A stretch of 64,000 bases of DNA from Eubacteriales bacterium (GTDB lineage Bacteria; Bacillota; Clostridia; Christensenellales; JAWKQI01): NCBI GenBank assembly GCA_041390245.1, contig JAWKQI010000001.1:369388-433387 (forward strand), given 5' to 3'. Positions 34,022-44,834 of this stretch are shown in pieces. A program made the translations under genes and the position numbers. The notes under the pieces were generated by a model. It saw only the letters and a program-made list of their open reading frames with translations, was not told where the DNA came from and ran no database searches. The stretch's first letter is position 1; each line of letters opens with the position of its first letter.

Positions 34022-35818
34022 TTACTTACTGAATTTAACCTGTTTATTCGATATTTGGTTACCATTGGCATAAATGACAAGTGTCTTTTCCCCTTCTCCA
34101 TAGCTCTTTAAATTAAGAGGTAGTACTATATCGCCTTTTTTATACTCCCCTTCGTACAAAATGTATCTTTTCTCAAAACCGTTTACCATTTCATTATAAC
34201 AGATAGTAACGTCTGCACTTGCATCATCTATCGTAAATTTAAAAGTGGTAAGAGCGCTTACAGCTTCGGCTTCATCGCTAGACTCCCAAAGTATCGGCAG
34301 TTCCGCAAGTGCCTGATTGACGCCCTCTACAGGCTGCTGGTTTATTATAGTATTGGCAGCGCTCTTGCTTTCTTCCATGTATATATAAGCTCCGGTAAAC
34401 CCGCTGCTTTGGAGTTTTGCAACCGCTTTGTCTTCTGCCATGCCGATAATATTATCCATTATCACGCTTTCCGTTGTTTCAGAGCCGTAAACCGTAATCC
34501 TGGCAATAGAATCTTCCTGAATGCTCTCTCCGGCTATCGGTTCCTGCAGCTTTACATAGCCTACAGGCTCCCCTTCGGTATATGCGACTTCGACATCCAC
34601 AAATCCGCTGGCTAAAAGCGTCTCTATCGCTTCTTCCTCGCTCATGCCTATAACTGACGGTGCCTGAGATGGCTCTTGTCCTAAAGATATTTTTAAATAA
34701 ACGACTTGTCCTTCATCTACGTAAGCCCCTTCACCGGGATCTTGTGAAATTATATATGTATCGTTAATAGATGAATTATACTCATAGGTTTTATCAACTT
34801 TTAAACCGAGGTTAGTACATATCTCAACTGCCTGTGTCTCTGTAAGGCCGGTCAGCGCCGGAAGTTTGGTGCTTCCAAGCCCCCTGTATACGAACATTCC
34901 GATTAAAAATCCAACAATGATTACCGGGGCGACAAGTATAGCACCTAATTTACGCTTATTTATTATACTCTTCTTTAGTTTAACGCTGTTCTCATCCGGG
35001 CGTGCTATAGCTTTTAAAATGTCCGTTCTCATATCTGCAAACGAAGAGTATCTATGTTTCCTGTCCTTTTGCGTAGCCTTTAAAATAATGTTATTGACGC
35101 TTATAGGCAGTTCGTTCCTAATGGTATTTGGCTTAGGTAACTCCTCGTTTATATGCTTTATAGCAACGGAAACCGCATTGTCTCCTGAAAACGGGGTTTT
35201 GCCCGTCAGCATCTCATACAAAACTATCCCGAAAGAATATATGTCACTCCTTTGATCCACCGGCATACCTTTTGCCTGTTCCGGCGAAAAGTAGTATACA
35301 GAACCTATTAAGTCTTTCTCACCTAAGGTGACCGTTTCAGCAGACAGATTCTTGGCAATGCCAAAGTCTATTATCCTGACATTCCCTTTTTCATTTATTA
35401 GAATATTTCTTGGCTTTACGTCCCTGTGTATAAGCCCCTTTGAGTGCGCATACTCAAGGCCGGAGCATATGCATGCAGCAATACCCAGCACTTCCTTTAT
35501 TGGCAAGGGGCCTTCCTTCTTAATCTTTTCAGCCAGGGTCTTTCCGTTAAAGTATTCCATGACTATAAAGTGGATGCCGTTTTCATTGCCGTAATCAAGC
35601 GTCCTTATGATATTTCTGTGTTTTAGGGCCATAGAAGCCCTTGCTTCGCGGTTAAACCGCAAAAGGTATCCTCTCTTTATTGTCAGCTCCGATTTTAAGA
35701 TTTTTAAGCATACTATCTCATTAGTCTTTAAATCGGTAGCCGTATAAAGATCGGACATACCTCCAGAATCGAATTTTTTCTCGATCCTATACCTCTTTTT
35801 TAAAATATTTCCTACCAG
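34022..35818 (-). CDS. prkC: Ser/Thr protein kinase with extracellular PASTA-like repeats; 5' end uncertain (CTG candidate start)
   Basis: HRDVKPRNIL, DFGIA, a TM segment (ILVAPVIIVGFLIGMFVY) and repeated C-terminal domains. The first ATG (35758) lies inside the glycine-rich loop. The open frame upstream encodes (L)VGNILKKRYRIEKKFDSGG. Confidence 0.85.
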   Translation of the reverse strand: MVGNILKKRYRIEKKFDSGGMSDLYTATDLKTNEIVCLKILKSELTIKRGYLLRFNREARASMALKHRNIIRTLDYGNENGIHFIVMEYFNGKTLAEKIKKEGPLPIKEVLGIAACICSGLEYAHSKGLIHRDVKPRNILINEKGNVRIIDFGIAKNLSAETVTLGEKDLIGSVYYFSPEQAKGMPVDQRSDIYSFGIVLYEMLTGKTPFSGDNAVSVAIKHINEELPKPNTIRNELPISVNNIILKATQKDRKHRYSSFADMRTDILKAIARPDENSVKLKKSIINKRKLGAILVAPVIIVGFLIGMFVYRGLGSTKLPALTGLTETQAVEICTNLGLKVDKTYEYNSSINDTYIISQDPGEGAYVDEGQVVYLKISLGQEPSQAPSVIGMSEEEAIETLLASGFVDVEVAYTEGEPVGYVKLQEPIAGESIQEDSIARITVYGSETTESVIMDNIIGMAEDKAVAKLQSSGFTGAYIYMEESKSAANTIINQQPVEGVNQALAELPILWESSDEAEAVSALTTFKFTIDDASADVTICYNEMVNGFEKRYILYEGEYKKGDIVLPLNLKSYGEGEKTLVIYANGNQISNKQVKFSK

Positions 35819-35832
35819 AAATTATAACCACC

Positions 35833-36552
35833 CTAATCTATATTTAAAAGCCCCACGATGGAAATGTTATCAGCTCCGCCGCGGTGCAGGGCAAGGTTGC
35901 CCATTACCTTGACCTTTTCTTCAATACTTCCATTTCTGCAAAGTATGTTTTCTATTTCTTTCTCACTTAAATAGCGGGTTAGCCCGTCCGAACAAAGAAG
36001 CATCATGTCCCCCGTATTTATATGAAATGAGTATACATCGACATCAACATTCCTTTTTGTGCCGATTGCACGCGTTATTATATTTTTCTGAGGATGGAAC
36101 CTCGCTGTCTCTTCGTCTATAACTCCGCGCTCAAGCATCTCCTGGACAAGCGAATGATCGTGTGTAATAAGCTTTAACTCATTTGAAAAAACATACGCCC
36201 TTGAATCTCCGACATGGCCGACTATAACGTTATTTTTGTTTACTACTGCTGCAGTCATAGTCGTACCCATATGGAAATATTCGTCCTTTAGATAAGACAT
36301 CCTAAAAACGCTTTTGTTGGCAGCCAGAAAACCGTTTTTCATGTCCGCTTCACTTATGCTTTTTTTCTTTTTCTTTAAATAATCGTATAAACCTTTTGTT
36401 GCAGCATTAGCGGCGACGTTGCCTGCATTATGCCCGCCCATTCCGTCAGCTACTATTGCAATGGTTACGCCCTCATTTAGCACAAATACGGCGTCTTCAT
36501 TACGCTCTCTTATTTTTCCTGCGTGCGTATAAGCAAAATACTGCATTTTCAC
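35833..36552 (-). CDS. stp: PP2C-family Ser/Thr phosphatase
   Basis: RERNEDA, VADGMGGHNAG, GDSR and LCSDGL motifs. It lies upstream of prkC as in other Firmicutes. Confidence 0.9.
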   Translation of the reverse strand: MKMQYFAYTHAGKIRERNEDAVFVLNEGVTIAIVADGMGGHNAGNVAANAATKGLYDYLKKKKKSISEADMKNGFLAANKSVFRMSYLKDEYFHMGTTMTAAVVNKNNVIVGHVGDSRAYVFSNELKLITHDHSLVQEMLERGVIDEETARFHPQKNIITRAIGTKRNVDVDVYSFHINTGDMMLLCSDGLTRYLSEKEIENILCRNGSIEEKVKVMGNLALHRGGADNISIVGLLNID

Positions 36553-36566
36553 CTCGTCTTAAAATT

Positions 36567-37586
36567 TTATCCTTTGTTTTCGTCAATTGCACGTGCCCTT
36601 AGCTGCCCGCATGCACCCGATATGTCTGCCCCCAGCGTCCTTCTCATTGTCGCCGATACACCTATATCGTTTAAATGGTTAAGAAACGTATAAAGTGTCT
36701 TCTTGTTAGGCGGTTTTTTCGTAGAAGTAGCATTTAGCGGTATCAAGTTCACATGGCAGTTTAAGTTTAAAAGCAGTTTTTTTAATTTTTGTGCGTCAGA
36801 TATACTGTCGTTAAACCCGGATATAAGCGCATATTCTATTATTATCCTCCGCCCGGTTTTATCAAAATACATTCTTGCTTCTTTCATTATATCATCAATT
36901 GTATAAGCTTTGGCAATAGGCAAAATTTCTCTTCTTTTTTCATCGGTTACTGCATGAAGGGAAATACACAACACCGGAGATAAGCCAGATTCTATAAGCT
37001 TTTTAATGCCCGGCACTATACCGCACGTAGATACCGATACATGCCGTAAGCTCATATTAAACCCGTCTTTATCACTTATCATTTTAAGAAACTTTAATGT
37101 CTCATCAATATTGTCAAGCGGCTCACCAGATCCCATAAGAACGACATTGCTTGCCTTTTCGCCGCTTAATCTTCCTGCCATAACAACTTGAGACAAAATC
37201 TCCCCCGCAGTTAAGTTCCTGATAAGCCCACCGGTAGTAGAAGAACAAAACACGCATCCCATGGCACAGCCGACCTGTGTAGATATGCATACGCTTAAGC
37301 CATGCTCATAGCCCATTATAACGCTTTCAATTAAGTTATCATCAAAAAGCTTATATAAAAGCTTTTTTGTCCCGTCTTTTGAAACAAGTTCCCTTTCAAC
37401 GGTTAAAAATCCGCTGCCAAATTCTTCACTAAGCTCAGTTCTTAAGTCTTTTGGTATGTTGCTTATTTCGTCAAAATTTAGGCCCTTTAAAAGAGCAGAG
37501 TATATTTGGCTTGCCCTGTATTTGGGTTGGCCTTTTTTATTTAATATGCTAATCCACTCTTCTAAATTTATATCTAAAACATTCAT
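36567..37586 (-). CDS. rlmN: 23S rRNA/tRNA (adenine-C2)-methyltransferase RlmN (radical SAM)
   Basis: Radical-SAM cluster GCAMGCVFCSS, N-terminal KYRASQIY and C-terminal GACGQL. Confidence 0.9.
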   Translation of the reverse strand: MNVLDINLEEWISILNKKGQPKYRASQIYSALLKGLNFDEISNIPKDLRTELSEEFGSGFLTVERELVSKDGTKKLLYKLFDDNLIESVIMGYEHGLSVCISTQVGCAMGCVFCSSTTGGLIRNLTAGEILSQVVMAGRLSGEKASNVVLMGSGEPLDNIDETLKFLKMISDKDGFNMSLRHVSVSTCGIVPGIKKLIESGLSPVLCISLHAVTDEKRREILPIAKAYTIDDIMKEARMYFDKTGRRIIIEYALISGFNDSISDAQKLKKLLLNLNCHVNLIPLNATSTKKPPNKKTLYTFLNHLNDIGVSATMRRTLGADISGACGQLRARAIDENKG

Positions 37587-38852
37587 TTAAACTTTCTCCA
37601 TCAGGCAGACAAAAAACCCTTCTCCGTCCTGGCTAGGCATCATAGTGTGCATGATGTCCGTTTCGCCGTTTATATCTATACTTACTAACTTAAAATCCGG
37701 GTTCCTTTTTAAAAACCAGTTTACCGTATCTTCGTTCTCTGCCTTTGTAACTGTACAGGTTAAAAAGGCAAGCCTTCCGCCCCTCTTTACGCGAAGGGCC
37801 GAGGCATCCAGTATTTGCCTTGAGACCTCAGCCAACGATATAATATCCTCTTCTTTCCTGTGGATTCTGATATCCGGTTTTTTAAACACCATGCCAAGAG
37901 CCGAACAAGGCGCATCAACTAAAACTAAATCAAAATGCTCTTTTTTAAGCGGGTCTTCATACGTTACGGAAGCATCTCTATATAATACCCTGGCATCAAC
38001 GCCCAAACGGCTCAGATTCTCTTTTATCAGTTTTATCCTGTGAAGGTGTATGTCACACGCGGTAATAAAGGCCTTCCCGCCGCTTAATGCAGCCAGATAT
38101 GCGGTTTTAGCTCCTGGTGCAGCACAAACATCCAGCGCACTGCTTTCGGCGTTATAAACTGCATATACGGCCTTCATAGAGGATATGCCCATAACGGACA
38201 TTTTGCCCGAAATAAACTCCTCTATATTCTCTACATCCGTAATAGACTTAACTTCCCTTGCATAAGGTGGATAGCTTTTTAAATCGGCTTTACTCGTCTT
38301 TAATGGGTTATCATATACATATGTTGATTTGTTGTCTGCTTCATATGATAAAAATTCAGTAGCTCTGTTAATGCCCATATCATTTATGAACGTTTTTACC
38401 ATCCATTCCGGAAAACTATACTTAATAGACAAATATGCCGATAAATCATTTTCATCAGGCAGGCTCCTTCTTTCTTTTCTTAAAAACGTCCTCAATACAG
38501 CGTTGACAAATCCGGCCTGCTTCCTGCCGTATATTCTGGACAGCTTGACCGCCTCGTCTACTGCGGTATACTCCGGCACATTTAAATACATTATCTGTGC
38601 AACAGCCATCCTCAATATGTTTTTTATATTGCCTTTTACTCTCTTCCCAGATATAAAAGGAGAAAGATAATAGTCTATACTTATCTTTTTCTCAATGGCA
38701 ACTGATGCAAGCGCAGTTAAAAACGGACGGGAAGACAAGGATACACTACGCAGATGCTTTTTTAATACTAAGTTAAGATACCCTCCGTCGAAAACTTCGT
38801 TTAATATTTTTAAACAAACGCTTCTTATGTTTTCGTTGCCCTGTTTATCCAA
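37587..38852 (-). CDS. rsmB: 16S rRNA (cytosine967-C5)-methyltransferase
   Basis: N-terminal NusB-like region, SAM motif DVCAAPGAKT and catalytic DAPCSALG. Confidence 0.88.
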   Translation of the reverse strand: MDKQGNENIRSVCLKILNEVFDGGYLNLVLKKHLRSVSLSSRPFLTALASVAIEKKISIDYYLSPFISGKRVKGNIKNILRMAVAQIMYLNVPEYTAVDEAVKLSRIYGRKQAGFVNAVLRTFLRKERRSLPDENDLSAYLSIKYSFPEWMVKTFINDMGINRATEFLSYEADNKSTYVYDNPLKTSKADLKSYPPYAREVKSITDVENIEEFISGKMSVMGISSMKAVYAVYNAESSALDVCAAPGAKTAYLAALSGGKAFITACDIHLHRIKLIKENLSRLGVDARVLYRDASVTYEDPLKKEHFDLVLVDAPCSALGMVFKKPDIRIHRKEEDIISLAEVSRQILDASALRVKRGGRLAFLTCTVTKAENEDTVNWFLKRNPDFKLVSIDINGETDIMHTMMPSQDGEGFFVCLMEKV

Positions 38853-39762
38853 CTATATCCCCCACCTTAAATCTGTTTGCGTTAACCGCGTCTAAAGCGC
38901 TGATTACGCCTTTGCCCTCAAACTGCAGCAAGTCAACGGATATTGCCCCGTCACCTGTTGCTACTATCACGCCGCTCATTTTATCCACAGCTAAAACTTC
39001 TCCTGGAGCGCCGGCGCCAGGAGCTTTATGAGCCTTTATAATTTTAAAGCTCTTGCCATTTATACCTGTCTTTGCGTTCGGGCTTAGTGCCCTTATTTTA
39101 TTTAGTACCTGCTCGGTGGTATTTTTAAAGTTAACTATTAAATCTTCTTTGCTTATCTTAGGTGCATATGTTGCCAAAGAAGAATCCTGTGAAACTGCCC
39201 TTAAATCATTTGACACAAGTTTTTTTACTGTTTCAACTATTAAAGAAGCGCCTACATCAGATAACCTCTCCCTTAGCTCTTCTCCTGTATCCTCTTTTTT
39301 TATATTCACTTTTTTAGATAATAGCATGTCCCCTGTATCCATGCCTATGTCCGTCATCATGGTAGTTACGCCTGTCTCCTTCTCCCCCTCCATTAAAGCC
39401 CTCTCTATCGGAGCTGCACCGCGGTATTTGGGCAAAAGGGATGCATGCACGTTTATGCAGCCATACTTTGGTATGCTTAAAATTTCGCCCGAAAGAATCT
39501 GCCCGAATGCGGCGGTCACCATTAGATCCGGAGACAGCTCCTTTAATACTGCAACCGCTTCGGAAGAACTTATACTTGAAAACTGATAAACTTCTATACC
39601 GTTTTCAATACAATATTTTTTGACCGGGGAAAAGGTCAACTTTTGTCCCCGGTCCTTTTTTTTATCTGTTTTTGTAAAGGCCGCCGATACCTTAAAAGCA
39701 TCGTTAAGAGCTTTAAGTGATTTAACTGCAAACTCCGGCGTACCTAAAAATACTATTTTCAT
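38845..39762 (-). CDS. fmt: Methionyl-tRNA formyltransferase
   Basis: [29 protein letters not shown]. Confidence 0.92.
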   Translation of the reverse strand: MKIVFLGTPEFAVKSLKALNDAFKVSAAFTKTDKKKDRGQKLTFSPVKKYCIENGIEVYQFSSISSSEAVAVLKELSPDLMVTAAFGQILSGEILSIPKYGCINVHASLLPKYRGAAPIERALMEGEKETGVTTMMTDIGMDTGDMLLSKKVNIKKEDTGEELRERLSDVGASLIVETVKKLVSNDLRAVSQDSSLATYAPKISKEDLIVNFKNTTEQVLNKIRALSPNAKTGINGKSFKIIKAHKAPGAGAPGEVLAVDKMSGVIVATGDGAISVDLLQFEGKGVISALDAVNANRFKVGDIVG

Positions 39763-40241
39763 TTCTTTGGTTTTTCCTCTTTTGGCTTATAACCTTTTAT
39801 TACTTTATCAATAAACAACACTCCGTTTAAATGATCTATCTCGTGGCAAAATGCGCGAGCGGTATACCCGCTGCCCGTATATTCCTTGACATCTCCATGC
39901 CGGTCAACTGCCTGGACTTTAACTATCTCAGGCCTCTTTACATACCCTCTCATTTCTTCTGGAATGGAAAGGCAGCCTTCTTGTTCGATATTGCTGCCAG
40001 ATATCTTTATAATTTTCGGATTTATAAGCTCAATCAGCCCATCTCCGACATCTATGACAACTACTCTTCTTAATACCCCTACCTGAGGTGCCGCAAGGCC
40101 GGCTCCTTCGGCCGTATACATTGTCTCCTTCATGTCGTCTAAAAGCATTAGTATTCTTTTATCAATACCCTTAACTTCTCTTGACACCATTCGCAGGCGT
40201 CTTTCGTCAGGTTCTAATTGTAAAATGTCTCTATAACCCAT
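39759..40241 (-). CDS. def: Peptide deformylase
   Basis: [15 protein letters not shown] and HEIDHLNG metal-binding motifs. Confidence 0.92.
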   Translation of the reverse strand: MGYRDILQLEPDERRLRMVSREVKGIDKRILMLLDDMKETMYTAEGAGLAAPQVGVLRRVVVIDVGDGLIELINPKIIKISGSNIEQEGCLSIPEEMRGYVKRPEIVKVQAVDRHGDVKEYTGSGYTARAFCHEIDHLNGVLFIDKVIKGYKPKEEKPKK

Positions 40242-40258
40242 TTGTTCTTTCTCCTCGT

Positions 40259-42493
40259 TTAAAGCATGTTCTTTGGATTAACCATTATTTCGTATACACA
40301 ATCCGTGTAATTTTTATTGAAAGACAGTGTTTTTATAACTTCAATAACATCGTCTAAACTTTCTCTTTTAACTTTTAAAAGTACTTGGTGTCTGAAAACC
40401 CCTTTTATCTTTACGACACCTGCCGGTCCTTCGCCTTTAAAAACTATTTTATCCTTATAGTCATCTAACATCGGCAAAAGGGCTTTATAAAAATCCTTTG
40501 CCGCATAAGACGCTTTGCCCTCTTTCTTAGATTCAAACTTAACGCTTAAAAAGCTTATGAACGGCGGCAGAAGCGCCGTTTTTCTATACTTAAGCTCCTC
40601 TAAATAAAAACAACTATAATCGTGGCTTTGAGCACACTTAACTGCATAGTGCTCTGGCGTATAAGTTTGTATTACACATTTGCCCTGCTGCCTTCTTCCC
40701 GCCCTGCCGGAAACCTGCTCTAGAATCTGATACGTCCTTTCCGCACTTTTGTAATCCGGGAAGTTAAGGGAAAGGTCTGCTGATATTATACCAGTCAACG
40801 AAACATTTTCAAAGTCTAGGCCCTTTGCTATTATCTGCGTGCCTACCAATATATCCGCCTTACCATCTGCAAAATCCGAATACGCTTTTAGGTAGGCATC
40901 TTTTTTCATCATACTGTCTAAGTCCATTCGCATTATCCTTGCGTTAGGAAATAGTTTAGATAGCTGTTCAACTATTTTTTCAGTGCCTCCACCGAAATAC
41001 TTAAGATACGGCATATTACAATTAGGGCATATTTTTTTGACCGGCCTTTTTGCTCCGCAATAATGGCACTTAAGTGAGTTTTCACTCTTATGATATGTAA
41101 GACTTATGTCACAGTTGTCACACTTTTCTATATATCCGCATCCTCTGCACATAACAAACGTAGAATAACCGCGGCGATTTATAAATATCATCACCTGGCG
41201 TGAATTTTGAAGCGCTTCCTTTATCTCCTTGTACATAAGGCTCGAAAACATTGTCATATTGCCTTTTCTTATCTCGTCACGCATATCGGCGACTAAGACT
41301 TTTGGAAGCGGTACGTTGAATACTCGGTTTTTAAGTTTAATAAGCTCGCTTTTCCCATTCTGGGCATCGAAATAACTTTCAATAGATGGAGTCGCCGAGG
41401 CCAAAACTACGCATGCGCTTTCTAACTTAGCCCTCATATCCGCTATTTCACGTGTGTCGTATCTCGGGTGCGAATCGGATATGTAGCTTTGTTCGTGTTC
41501 CTCGTCTATTATTATAAGCCCTAAGTTTGAAACCGGTGCAAATACGGCAGACCTAGCGCCAATGACTACTCTGGCTTCTCCTGACATTATGCGTTTTAAT
41601 TCGTCGTGCTTTTCCCCGTCTGAAAGCTTAGAGTGCAATATTGCAACAGGGCTTAGGATCCTTTTTTTAAACATCATTACCATCTGCGGCGTAAGCGATA
41701 TTTCAGGCACTAGAATTATTATGCCCTTATCTTTTAAAAGAGCCTCCTTAACCGCCTGTAAATATACTTCTGTCTTGCCGGAGCCGGTAACGCCATGTAG
41801 TAAAAACTTATAGTAAGTTCCTATTTTATTAGCTATCTTGACTGAAACATCCATTTGCTCAGCTGTTAATATTACATCTTCAAAATCTTTTTTTATCTCA
41901 CCCGGGCGGCGAAAGACCTCTTCTTTTTTATAAAGTATTATGCCCTGTTTTAAAAGTGCTGCTGCAGCGGCTCTTTTGCTTTCATTTAAGTCGCCAGCCT
42001 TTATTCCATCTTTACCTGAATCTAAAATCTCATTATAAACGGCAAGTTTGACAGGAGATTTTTCTTTACCGCTCTTAAAGTAAAATATCTCTTTTCTTTC
42101 GCTCTCACTTAATTTTTTCTCTACAAAAAAAACCATACAGCTCTTTTCTTTAACTTTACCGCGCCGAAGTGGCGTAGGTACAAAAAGCCGCATAGCCGAT
42201 GCCAAAGTCGTGTGATATCTTTTTGCTATTTCCTTTGAAAGCTTAATCTGTTTTAAAGTCATAACCGGAGCATCTAAAACACTGATTATATCCTTTATCT
42301 TTTCTTTTGGTACTAAGCTTTTGTCAGTTAAGCCGATAACTATCCCGCTTAAATTTTTAGACTTAGAAAAAGGAACGGATACCTTTTGTCCTACATTTAC
42401 AGCCATAGACTCGGGTATCCTATAATCAAAAATCCTGTCGACACTAGAATGGTTTACATCAACTATGACTTGAGCAAAGCGGTTCCCATCCAT
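40259..42493 (-). CDS. priA: Primosomal protein N' (replication restart helicase)
   Basis: Walker [14 protein letters not shown] box and the Cys-rich insert CRGCG...C.NC...CHYCG...CPNC. Confidence 0.92.
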   Translation of the reverse strand: MDGNRFAQVIVDVNHSSVDRIFDYRIPESMAVNVGQKVSVPFSKSKNLSGIVIGLTDKSLVPKEKIKDIISVLDAPVMTLKQIKLSKEIAKRYHTTLASAMRLFVPTPLRRGKVKEKSCMVFFVEKKLSESERKEIFYFKSGKEKSPVKLAVYNEILDSGKDGIKAGDLNESKRAAAAALLKQGIILYKKEEVFRRPGEIKKDFEDVILTAEQMDVSVKIANKIGTYYKFLLHGVTGSGKTEVYLQAVKEALLKDKGIIILVPEISLTPQMVMMFKKRILSPVAILHSKLSDGEKHDELKRIMSGEARVVIGARSAVFAPVSNLGLIIIDEEHEQSYISDSHPRYDTREIADMRAKLESACVVLASATPSIESYFDAQNGKSELIKLKNRVFNVPLPKVLVADMRDEIRKGNMTMFSSLMYKEIKEALQNSRQVMIFINRRGYSTFVMCRGCGYIEKCDNCDISLTYHKSENSLKCHYCGAKRPVKKICPNCNMPYLKYFGGGTEKIVEQLSKLFPNARIMRMDLDSMMKKDAYLKAYSDFADGKADILVGTQIIAKGLDFENVSLTGIISADLSLNFPDYKSAERTYQILEQVSGRAGRRQQGKCVIQTYTPEHYAVKCAQSHDYSCFYLEELKYRKTALLPPFISFLSVKFESKKEGKASYAAKDFYKALLPMLDDYKDKIVFKGEGPAGVVKIKGVFRHQVLLKVKRESLDDVIEVIKTLSFNKNYTDCVYEIMVNPKNML

Positions 42494-42512
42494 TATTTAA
42501 AAACCAAACCCC

Positions 42513-43715
42513 CTACTTATGCATCTGAGTGTATAAAGAAATGACTTTTTCAAGTATTAATTTTGCCGTCTCTTTTTTAGTTAAAAGCCCTAAATCTATC
42601 TTGCTACCGTCCTTTAAACACATTATAACATGATTGTTATCAGATCCAAAACCTATACCGCTTTTTGATATATCGTTTAAACAGACCATGTCTAAATTCT
42701 TTTCATCAAGTTTACTTAAAGCGTAATTTAAAACGTCGTGTGTTTCGGCTGCAAAGCCTACGAGCATTTTGTTTCCTTTTTTTTGCCCCATATCCCTCAA
42801 AATGTCCTTTGTCCTGACAAAGGCAATATCCAATTCCCCTGCTTTTTTTACCTTTTTATTGTGGACTTCTTTTGGGGTATAGTCGCTGACGGCAGCAGAT
42901 GCTATCACTATATCCGCATCTTCAAATTCTAAAAAACACTTATTGTACATCTCGCTTGCAGAGACAACATTGATCATCTTTACCCTTCTTGGGGCAGGTA
43001 TACTAACCGGGCCCGAAACAAGAGTGACTTTGGCGCCTAAATCCGCCGCAGCCTCAGCGAGTGCATATCCCATTTTTCCGCTTGACGGGCTTGATATAAA
43101 CCTTATCGGATCTATATATTCCCTGGTCGGCCCTGCATTCACTAAAATATTTATACCTGCAGCCTCGTTCCTGCTCAAAAATGCCTGTTTAGCCGCGTTT
43201 AAGATGTCCTCCGGCTCTAACATGCGGCCGCGCCCTTCTTCACCGCATGCAAGGTGCCCTTTCCCAGTGTTAAGAACGATAACGCCAGAGTTTTTTAACT
43301 TCTCTATATTTTCCTGCGTACATTTATCTAAATACATGTCCTCATTCATTGCAGGTGCAATTATCTTAATGCACTTGGCCGCCAAAAACGTAGTAGACAA
43401 CATATCATCTGCTATTCCCGAAGCCACTTTTGCTATGAAATTAGCAGTTGCAGGGGCTACTAATAGAATATCTGCGCTTTTAGCTAAGCTAACATGCAAA
43501 ATATCATAGTTATCCTTTTCTTCAAAAGTATCTTTAATTACTTTGTTTGTACTTAGAGTCTCAAGTGTCAGTGGTGTTATAAACTTGGTGGCGTTTTTAG
43601 TCATTATAACGTGAACGTCTGCGTTCTCTTTTGAAAGCAAACGAACTAAAGAGGCCGCCTTATATGCTGCAATGCCCCCCGTCACACCCAAAACCACACA
43701 TCTGTTTAAAAACAT
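42513..43715 (-). CDS. coaBC: Bifunctional phosphopantothenoylcysteine decarboxylase / phosphopantothenate-cysteine ligase
   Basis: Flavoprotein N-terminus GVTGGIAAYK, PAMN and the C-terminal CoaB domain. 400 aa. Confidence 0.9.
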   Translation of the reverse strand: MFLNRCVVLGVTGGIAAYKAASLVRLLSKENADVHVIMTKNATKFITPLTLETLSTNKVIKDTFEEKDNYDILHVSLAKSADILLVAPATANFIAKVASGIADDMLSTTFLAAKCIKIIAPAMNEDMYLDKCTQENIEKLKNSGVIVLNTGKGHLACGEEGRGRMLEPEDILNAAKQAFLSRNEAAGINILVNAGPTREYIDPIRFISSPSSGKMGYALAEAAADLGAKVTLVSGPVSIPAPRRVKMINVVSASEMYNKCFLEFEDADIVIASAAVSDYTPKEVHNKKVKKAGELDIAFVRTKDILRDMGQKKGNKMLVGFAAETHDVLNYALSKLDEKNLDMVCLNDISKSGIGFGSDNNHVIMCLKDGSKIDLGLLTKKETAKLILEKVISLYTQMHK

Positions 43716-43718
43716 CTG

Positions 43719-43925
43719 CTACTTAATACCTTCTTTTCTCCTAATATAGGTTATCCTGTTTTCCAATATCTCACTGACAGCCTGTGATACGGGATTTGTC
43801 GATACGGTACTTGTTAATGGTTCCGACCCGTCTGCAATCTGCCTTGCACGTTTTGCCGTCTCACATACCAGCGTATAACGGCAGTCTACTTTCTTTAACA
43901 GTTCATCTAATCCTACATTTATCAA
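43719..43925 (-). CDS. rpoZ: DNA-directed RNA polymerase subunit omega
   Basis: 68 aa with NRYTLVCETAKRARQI-type motif (CRYTLVCETAKRARQI), located between gmk and coaBC. Confidence 0.88.
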   Translation of the reverse strand: MINVGLDELLKKVDCRYTLVCETAKRARQIADGSEPLTSTVSTNPVSQAVSEILENRITYIRRKEGIK

Positions 43926-44533
43926 ACAATTTCACCGCCTTCTAAAATCGTCTTGCAAATATTTTTGTTCCTAAATACCTTGCGTTTTTCCGCAGTAATG
44001 ATAGCCTTTACATTATCAACAACTTTATCTATATCTTTGTTGACTATTATATAATCGTATTCTGAACACAGTTCAAGTTCGTACTTTGCAGTACTTAACC
44101 TCTTTTGTATTTGACTGCATGTTTCGGTCGCCCTGCTGCAAATACGGCGTTCGAGCTCCGCCATAGATGGAGGAACTAAGAAGATAAGCACCGCATCGCT
44201 GTACCTTTCCCTTATGGTCTTTGCCCCCGCTACGTCTACCTCCAAAAGCACGTCTCTCCCGTTGCTTAGTTTTTCAAAGACATAATTTTTAGGGGTACCA
44301 TAATAGTTATCAAATACACCCGCGTACTCTAAAAACTCATCATTTTTTATCATGTTTGCGAATTCTTCTCTGGTCTTAAAGAAATAATCTTTCCCGTCGA
44401 CCTCATTTTTTCGCGGGCATCTTGTAGTACAAGATATAGATAATTCTATATCTCCTGTCTTTATAAGTTCTCCGGCAACCGTACCTTTTCCAGCACCCGA
44501 AGGGCCGGATAATACAATCAAAAGTCCGCCCAT
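43922..44533 (-). CDS. gmk: Guanylate kinase
   Basis: P-loop GPSGAGKGT and TTR.PR motif (SCTTRCPRKNE). Confidence 0.92.
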   Translation of the reverse strand: MGGLLIVLSGPSGAGKGTVAGELIKTGDIELSISCTTRCPRKNEVDGKDYFFKTREEFANMIKNDEFLEYAGVFDNYYGTPKNYVFEKLSNGRDVLLEVDVAGAKTIRERYSDAVLIFLVPPSMAELERRICSRATETCSQIQKRLSTAKYELELCSEYDYIIVNKDIDKVVDNVKAIITAEKRKVFRNKNICKTILEGGEIV

Positions 44534-44797
44534 TTAAACGTCTTCCTCACTTGTTTTAGAATAAAGCCTGTTTGCCATAGTTTCCGGCTGAACAGCAGAT
44601 AGTATTACCTGATTGCTGTCAGTTATTATAACTGCGCGCGTTCTTCTACCGTATGTTGCGTCTATAAGCGTACCGGATGCCTTTGCATCCTGTATTAGGC
44701 GCTTTATAGGCGCGGTCTCCGGGCTTACGATGGCAATAATCCTGTCGGCATTGACAACATTACCAAACCCGATGTTCATAATCTTAACACTACTCAT
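44534..44797 (-). CDS. remA: RemA-family (DUF370) DNA-binding regulator
   Basis: 87 aa. [54 protein letters not shown] is the conserved RemA sequence. It lies upstream of gmk. Confidence 0.88.
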   Translation of the reverse strand: MSSVKIMNIGFGNVVNADRIIAIVSPETAPIKRLIQDAKASGTLIDATYGRRTRAVIITDSNQVILSAVQPETMANRLYSKTSEEDV

Positions 44798-44834
44798 AAT
44801 AATTTCCTTTCCTACTAAAAATTATTAAAACATT

